Source: Candidatus Jorgensenbacteria bacterium (GTDB taxonomy: Bacteria > Patescibacteriota > Minisyncoccia > UBA6257 > GWB1-50-10). Taken from it: a stretch of DNA of 53,118 bases. The position numbers and the translations under genes were made by a program. Under the pieces are notes generated by a model. That model did no database searches, was not told where the DNA came from, and saw nothing but the letters and a program-made list of their open reading frames with translations. The stretch lies in contig JBBILW010000002.1 of NCBI GenBank assembly GCA_037444725.1, positions 1 through 53,118 on the forward strand, read 5' to 3'. Below, piece after piece: positions 50,676-53,118 of this stretch (position 1 is the stretch's first letter; each line of letters begins with the position of its first letter).

Positions 50676-50747
50676 TGCCCCCACGAGGATTTGAACCTCG
50701 AACCAACTGCTTAAAAGGCAGCTGCTCTACCATTGAGCTATAGGGGC
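50676..50747 (-). tRNA. tRNA-Lys (anticodon UUU)
   Basis: Folded by hand. Acceptor GCCCCTA/TGGGGGC, D arm GCTC-AATGGTA-GAGC, anticodon arm GCTGC-CTTTTAA-GCAGT, T arm CGAGG-TTCAAAT-CCTCG, discriminator A. No CCA is encoded. Confidence 0.9.
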
Positions 50748-50784
50748 ATAGCTGACTGGTCTACTATACCATTTATCATTGGAC

Positions 50785-50813
50785 TTGCAAGATTGACGAT
50801 TTTGGGTCATAAT
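50785..50813 (+). promoter_or_regulatory. Candidate sigma70-type promoter
   Basis: TTGCAA (50785-50790), a 17-nt spacer, then CATAAT (50808-50813), about 55 nt before the ATG at 50869. Confidence 0.5.
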
Positions 50814-50868
50814 GTTGTTAGCACTTTAGTTCCACTCACAACCCCCCGAGGAGACACAATGGAAAGCT

Positions 50869-51266
50869 TCCACGATCCCGACGTACTCGCTGTGCTCGCG
50901 TCCGGAGGAACGATTCCGGATGCGGAAGCGGACGCGCGGCGCAAGCGCCACGTTCACCTCATGCTCGACGCGCTGAAGTCCTGCTACTTCAGCAGCTACC
51001 TCGACGCAAGCAAGCTCATGTGCTCGAGCGTCATGGAGATCGACGTGGACGGTGCCGACTTCATGCTGGCTCCGCTCATTCCTCGCCAGGTCGAGAAGCA
51101 CATCTGGATCGCCGTGAAGGCGCCAGGCGAGGCTGCGCAGCACAAGGAGGACCATCCGGACGTCCACGTCATCACCGTGGACCTCACGCAGAAGCCGAGC
51201 ATCATCGATGCCTCCATCCTCGACCAGATCGCCGACATCTTCGCACGTCCGTACGGGATCTGCTAG
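50869..51266 (+). CDS. GC-rich hypothetical protein between the two tRNA genes
   Basis: GAGGAG (50858-50863) lies 5 nt before the ATG, with a promoter upstream and a strong terminator downstream. The antisense ORF 50826..51356 starts inside tRNA-Asn and is rejected. Confidence 0.55.
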
Positions 51267-51289
51267 AACATAGCAGACCTCGGCCTTAC

Positions 51290-51323
51290 ACTGCCCCCTG
51301 GCTTTACAGCGGGCAGTTTTTTT
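51290..51323 (+). terminator. Rho-independent terminator
   Basis: ACTGCCC-loop-GGGCAGT followed by a T-run (T7 in total). Confidence 0.8.
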
Positions 51324-51341
51324 GTAAAAATACTCAAGTAT

Positions 51342-51413
51342 TCCTCGGTAGCTCAATGGTAGAGCGGCGCCCTGTTAAGGCGATGGTTGTAGGTTCGAGT
51401 CCTACCCGAGGAG
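51342..51413 (+). tRNA. tRNA-Asn (anticodon GUU)
   Basis: Folded by hand. Acceptor TCCTCGG/CCGAGGA, D arm GCTC-AATGGTA-GAGC, anticodon loop CTGTTAA, T arm GTAGG-TTCGAGT-CCTAC, discriminator G. No CCA is encoded. Confidence 0.9.
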
Positions 51414-51429
51414 CTGAGTAAGAGAATAA

Positions 51430-51448
51430 AAGGCCCGTAGGGCTTTTT
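51430..51448 (+). terminator. Rho-independent terminator after tRNA-Asn
   Basis: AAGGCCC-gta-GGGCTT followed by TTT. Confidence 0.65.
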
Positions 51449-51466
51449 ATTATTGCAACGAGGCGA

Positions 51467-51504
51467 CCTCGGGCAAGCTTGCTTACCCGAGGAGCAAGTG
51501 AGAG
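51467..51504 (+). repeat. tRNA-Asn acceptor-stem minihelix repeat, copy B
   Basis: CCTCGGG-caagcttgctta-CCCGAGGAGCAAGTGAGAG. It shares TACCCGAGGAGC with the tRNA-Asn 3' end (51403-51414) and forms a perfect 7-bp stem. Confidence 0.8.
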
Positions 51505-51510
51505 AAATGC

Positions 51511-51532
51511 AAAATGACCGAAAGGTCATTTT
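51511..51532 (+). terminator. Hairpin with GAAA tetraloop and T-rich tail
   Basis: AAAATGACC-gaaa-GGTCATTTT followed by GTGTTT. Confidence 0.65.
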
Positions 51533-51548
51533 GTGTTTCCGAGCGCAG

Positions 51549-51587
51549 CCTTCGGGCAAGTCCGCTTACCCGAGGAGCAAATGGGAG
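51549..51587 (+). repeat. tRNA-Asn acceptor-stem minihelix repeat, copy C
   Basis: CCTTCGGG-caagtccgctta-CCCGAGGAGCAAATGGGAG, about 85% identical to copy B. The TACCCGAGGAGC core is at 51567-51578. Confidence 0.8.
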
Positions 51588-51602
51588 TGATATGATTAAT
51601 GT

Positions 51603-52073
51603 ATGAGCAACGCTCTAAAACTCATCATCTCAATCGTAGTCTCCGAACTCGCGGGCATTATCGGCGCGTTCTTTACGACGCCCTCCATTGCCGGTTGGTA
51701 TGTAGGAATAGTAAAGTCGCCTCTCAACCCACCCGCATGGATTTTTGCTCCGGTCTGGACGACGCTGTTTGCTCTCATGGGAATCGCGGCATTTCTCGTT
51801 TGGAAAAAGGGCTTAGACCGCAGGGATGTAAAAATTGCGCTCGGCATCTTCCTCGGCCAGTTGGTCTTGAATACGCTTTGGTCAATCATCTTTTTCGGCC
51901 TGCATTCTCCGAAAGGTGCATTTATCGAAATTATTGTTCTTTGGCTCGCCATTCTTGCCACTATTATTGCCTTTAAGAAAATTTCTAAGCCAGCCGCATG
52001 GCTTTTAGCGCCTTACATTCTTTGGGTTAGTTTTGCCGCGTATCTCAATTACTCAGTTTGGATGTTGAACTAA
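51603..52073 (+). CDS. tspO: TspO/MBR family tryptophan-rich sensory protein
   Basis: WYVGIVKSPLNPPAWIFAPVWTTLFALMGIAAFLVW, five TM helices, and a C-terminal AAYLNYSVWMLN. Confidence 0.85.
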   Translation: MSNALKLIISIVVSELAGIIGAFFTTPSIAGWYVGIVKSPLNPPAWIFAPVWTTLFALMGIAAFLVWKKGLDRRDVKIALGIFLGQLVLNTLWSIIFFGLHSPKGAFIEIIVLWLAILATIIAFKKISKPAAWLLAPYILWVSFAAYLNYSVWMLN

Positions 52074-52094
52074 ACTCAATAACTCAACTAAAAA

Positions 52095-52111
52095 CCCCGC
52101 CGTCGGCGGGG
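52095..52111. terminator. Bidirectional rho-independent terminator
   Basis: AAAA-CCCCGCC-gtc-GGCGGGG-TTTTT between convergent tspO and nrdJ. Confidence 0.8.
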
Positions 52112-52148
52112 TTTTTAGTTATAAGTTATTCGTTATCAGTTCCGGGGG

Positions 52149-53118
52149 TTACGAACAGCCTCCCGATGAATCGCCGCACTGGAGACAGGTCAAACAGGTG
52201 CCCGTGCGGACCATCATGCCACCGCACTTGCGGCACACCGTATCAGCGATAACGGGGCCAGTTTTTTTCTTCGGCTCATCAAAACCATTATTGCTCATTG
52301 CTGCCACAGCAACCGGCGTCTTGATTTCAGCCACTTCGCTCTTCTCCTCTGCCTTCGCCTCGCCCTCGAGGAAATGCATCATGCCGAATTCGGAAAGATC
52401 GTCATTCGTAAGGAAGCGAATAGCGAGATAGCGGAAGATGTAATCAGCGATACTCGTTGCGATGCGAATCTGCGTATTCTCCGTAAATCCTGCGGGCTCG
52501 AAGCGCGTGTAGATAAACTTGCGCGCAAGATCGCGGAGCGGCACGCCATACTGGAGCGCCATAGAGACCGAGAGCGCGAACACGTCGAGAAGTCCTGAGA
52601 GCGTGCTCCCCTGCTTTGCCATGCGGATAAAGATTTCCGCGAGCGAGCCGTCTTCATACATGCTGTAGGTAAGATAGCCGTCGTGGCCCGCGATTGAGAA
52701 CTTGTGCGTTTCCGAACTCCTCGTTGCGGGAAGCTTTCTCCTGTGCACCGCTTCTGCGGCCGCAGGTTTCGTTGCTCCCGTTTTCTTTTCTCCGGAAGTG
52801 CTAAGAGGCTGCGTTGCTTTCGAACCGTCGCGATACACCGCGAACGCCTTAATGCCGGAGTGCCACGCCATCATGTATGCATCCATGATTTCTTCTTTCG
52901 TCGTTTCGTTCGCCATGTTGAACGTCTTCGAAATTGCACCCGAGATAAACGGCTGGACCGCGCCCACCATTTTTACGTGGCCTCTCCATGAGATAGCGCG
53001 CGTTCCCGCTGCCGAGCGGACCGCGCAATCGAACACCGGAAGATGCGCGTCTTTCAAATGAGGCGCTCCCTCAATCGTGTTGTGCTCGGTAATGTACGAA
53101 GTTATTCCGCGCGCTCGT
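52149..53118 (-). CDS. nrdJ: Class II (adenosylcobalamin-dependent) ribonucleotide reductase, C-terminal part; the gene continues past the right edge
   Basis: AVQPFISGAISKTFNM, AFAVYRDGSK, and the C-terminal Cys cluster VCRKCGGMMVRTGTCLTCLQCGDSSGGCS. The track start at 53057 is an internal TTG. My translation upstream stays open (RARGITSYITEHNTIEGAPHLKDAHLPVFDCA). Confidence 0.85.
   Translation of the reverse strand, partial: RARGITSYITEHNTIEGAPHLKDAHLPVFDCAVRSAAGTRAISWRGHVKMVGAVQPFISGAISKTFNMANETTKEEIMDAYMMAWHSGIKAFAVYRDGSKATQPLSTSGEKKTGATKPAAAEAVHRRKLPATRSSETHKFSIAGHDGYLTYSMYEDGSLAEIFIRMAKQGSTLSGLLDVFALSVSMALQYGVPLRDLARKFIYTRFEPAGFTENTQIRIATSIADYIFRYLAIRFLTNDDLSEFGMMHFLEGEAKAEEKSEVAEIKTPVAVAAMSNNGFDEPKKKTGPVIADTVCRKCGGMMVRTGTCLTCLQCGDSSGGCS

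Noticed and set aside
50826-51356. A 176-aa minus-strand ORF opposite the GC-rich gene at 50869-51266.
   Set aside because: Its start lies inside tRNA-Asn and it has no SD, promoter or terminator. The plus-strand frame has all three.

Overview
This is a gene-dense 53.1-kb chromosomal fragment read with the standard genetic code (TGA acts as a stop at coupled junctions such as 19789 and 29699). About 85% of the genes lie on the minus strand. The ORF track shows alternative start codons (GTG/TTG) as M, so I trimmed several N-termini to the first ATG that has a sensible context.

The backbone is about 50% GC by hand count. It carries housekeeping genes:
- translation and protein folding: tig, hpf, typA
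- lipid and cell-envelope precursors: gpsA, uppS
- DNA repair and SOS response: nth, a UvrD-type helicase-nuclease fusion, lexA-dinB
- nucleotide metabolism: prs plus a phosphoribosyltransferase, and a partial class II ribonucleotide reductase (nrdJ)
- others: a HAD phosphatase, a peroxiredoxin and tspO

Metal and transport modules are also present. These are the csoR-copA-HMA/DsbD_2-cupredoxin copper operon, a P-type ATPase-arsR-glutaredoxin operon, two MFS transporters, and a MacB-like ABC pair.

The window also encodes many signal-anchored proteins of unknown function, including a 1845-aa protein with RCC1 repeats and fibronectin type III (Fn3)-like modules and a 604-aa Cys-rich repeat protein. 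There are two tRNA genes, Lys-UUU and Asn-GUU, neither with an encoded CCA. The gene content (a trigger factor lacking its PPIase domain, a giant surface protein, many small anchored orphans) suggests a small-genome uncultivated lineage such as Patescibacteria/CPR, but that is inference only.

Composition is visibly mosaic, with several short GC-rich orphan genes and one clearly AT-rich island. The strongest candidate for something new is that island (46620-50640). It is a tightly packed five-gene operon immediately downstream of the 3' end of tRNA-Lys. It encodes a multi-CxxC Zn-ribbon protein, an N6-adenine methyltransferase, a T5orf172/GIY-YIG-like protein, a DUF262-HNH fusion and a uracil-DNA-glycosylase (UDG)-fold-like protein. 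I cannot place this combination in a named defence system.

Other notable items:
- tandem acceptor-stem minihelix copies of tRNA-Asn
- a terminator-flanked 31-codon Lys/Arg-rich small ORF
- a 15-bp inverted repeat bracketing a long noncoding gap
- an SOS box on a possibly leaderless lexA

No rRNA gene, CRISPR array, transposase or integrase was seen.
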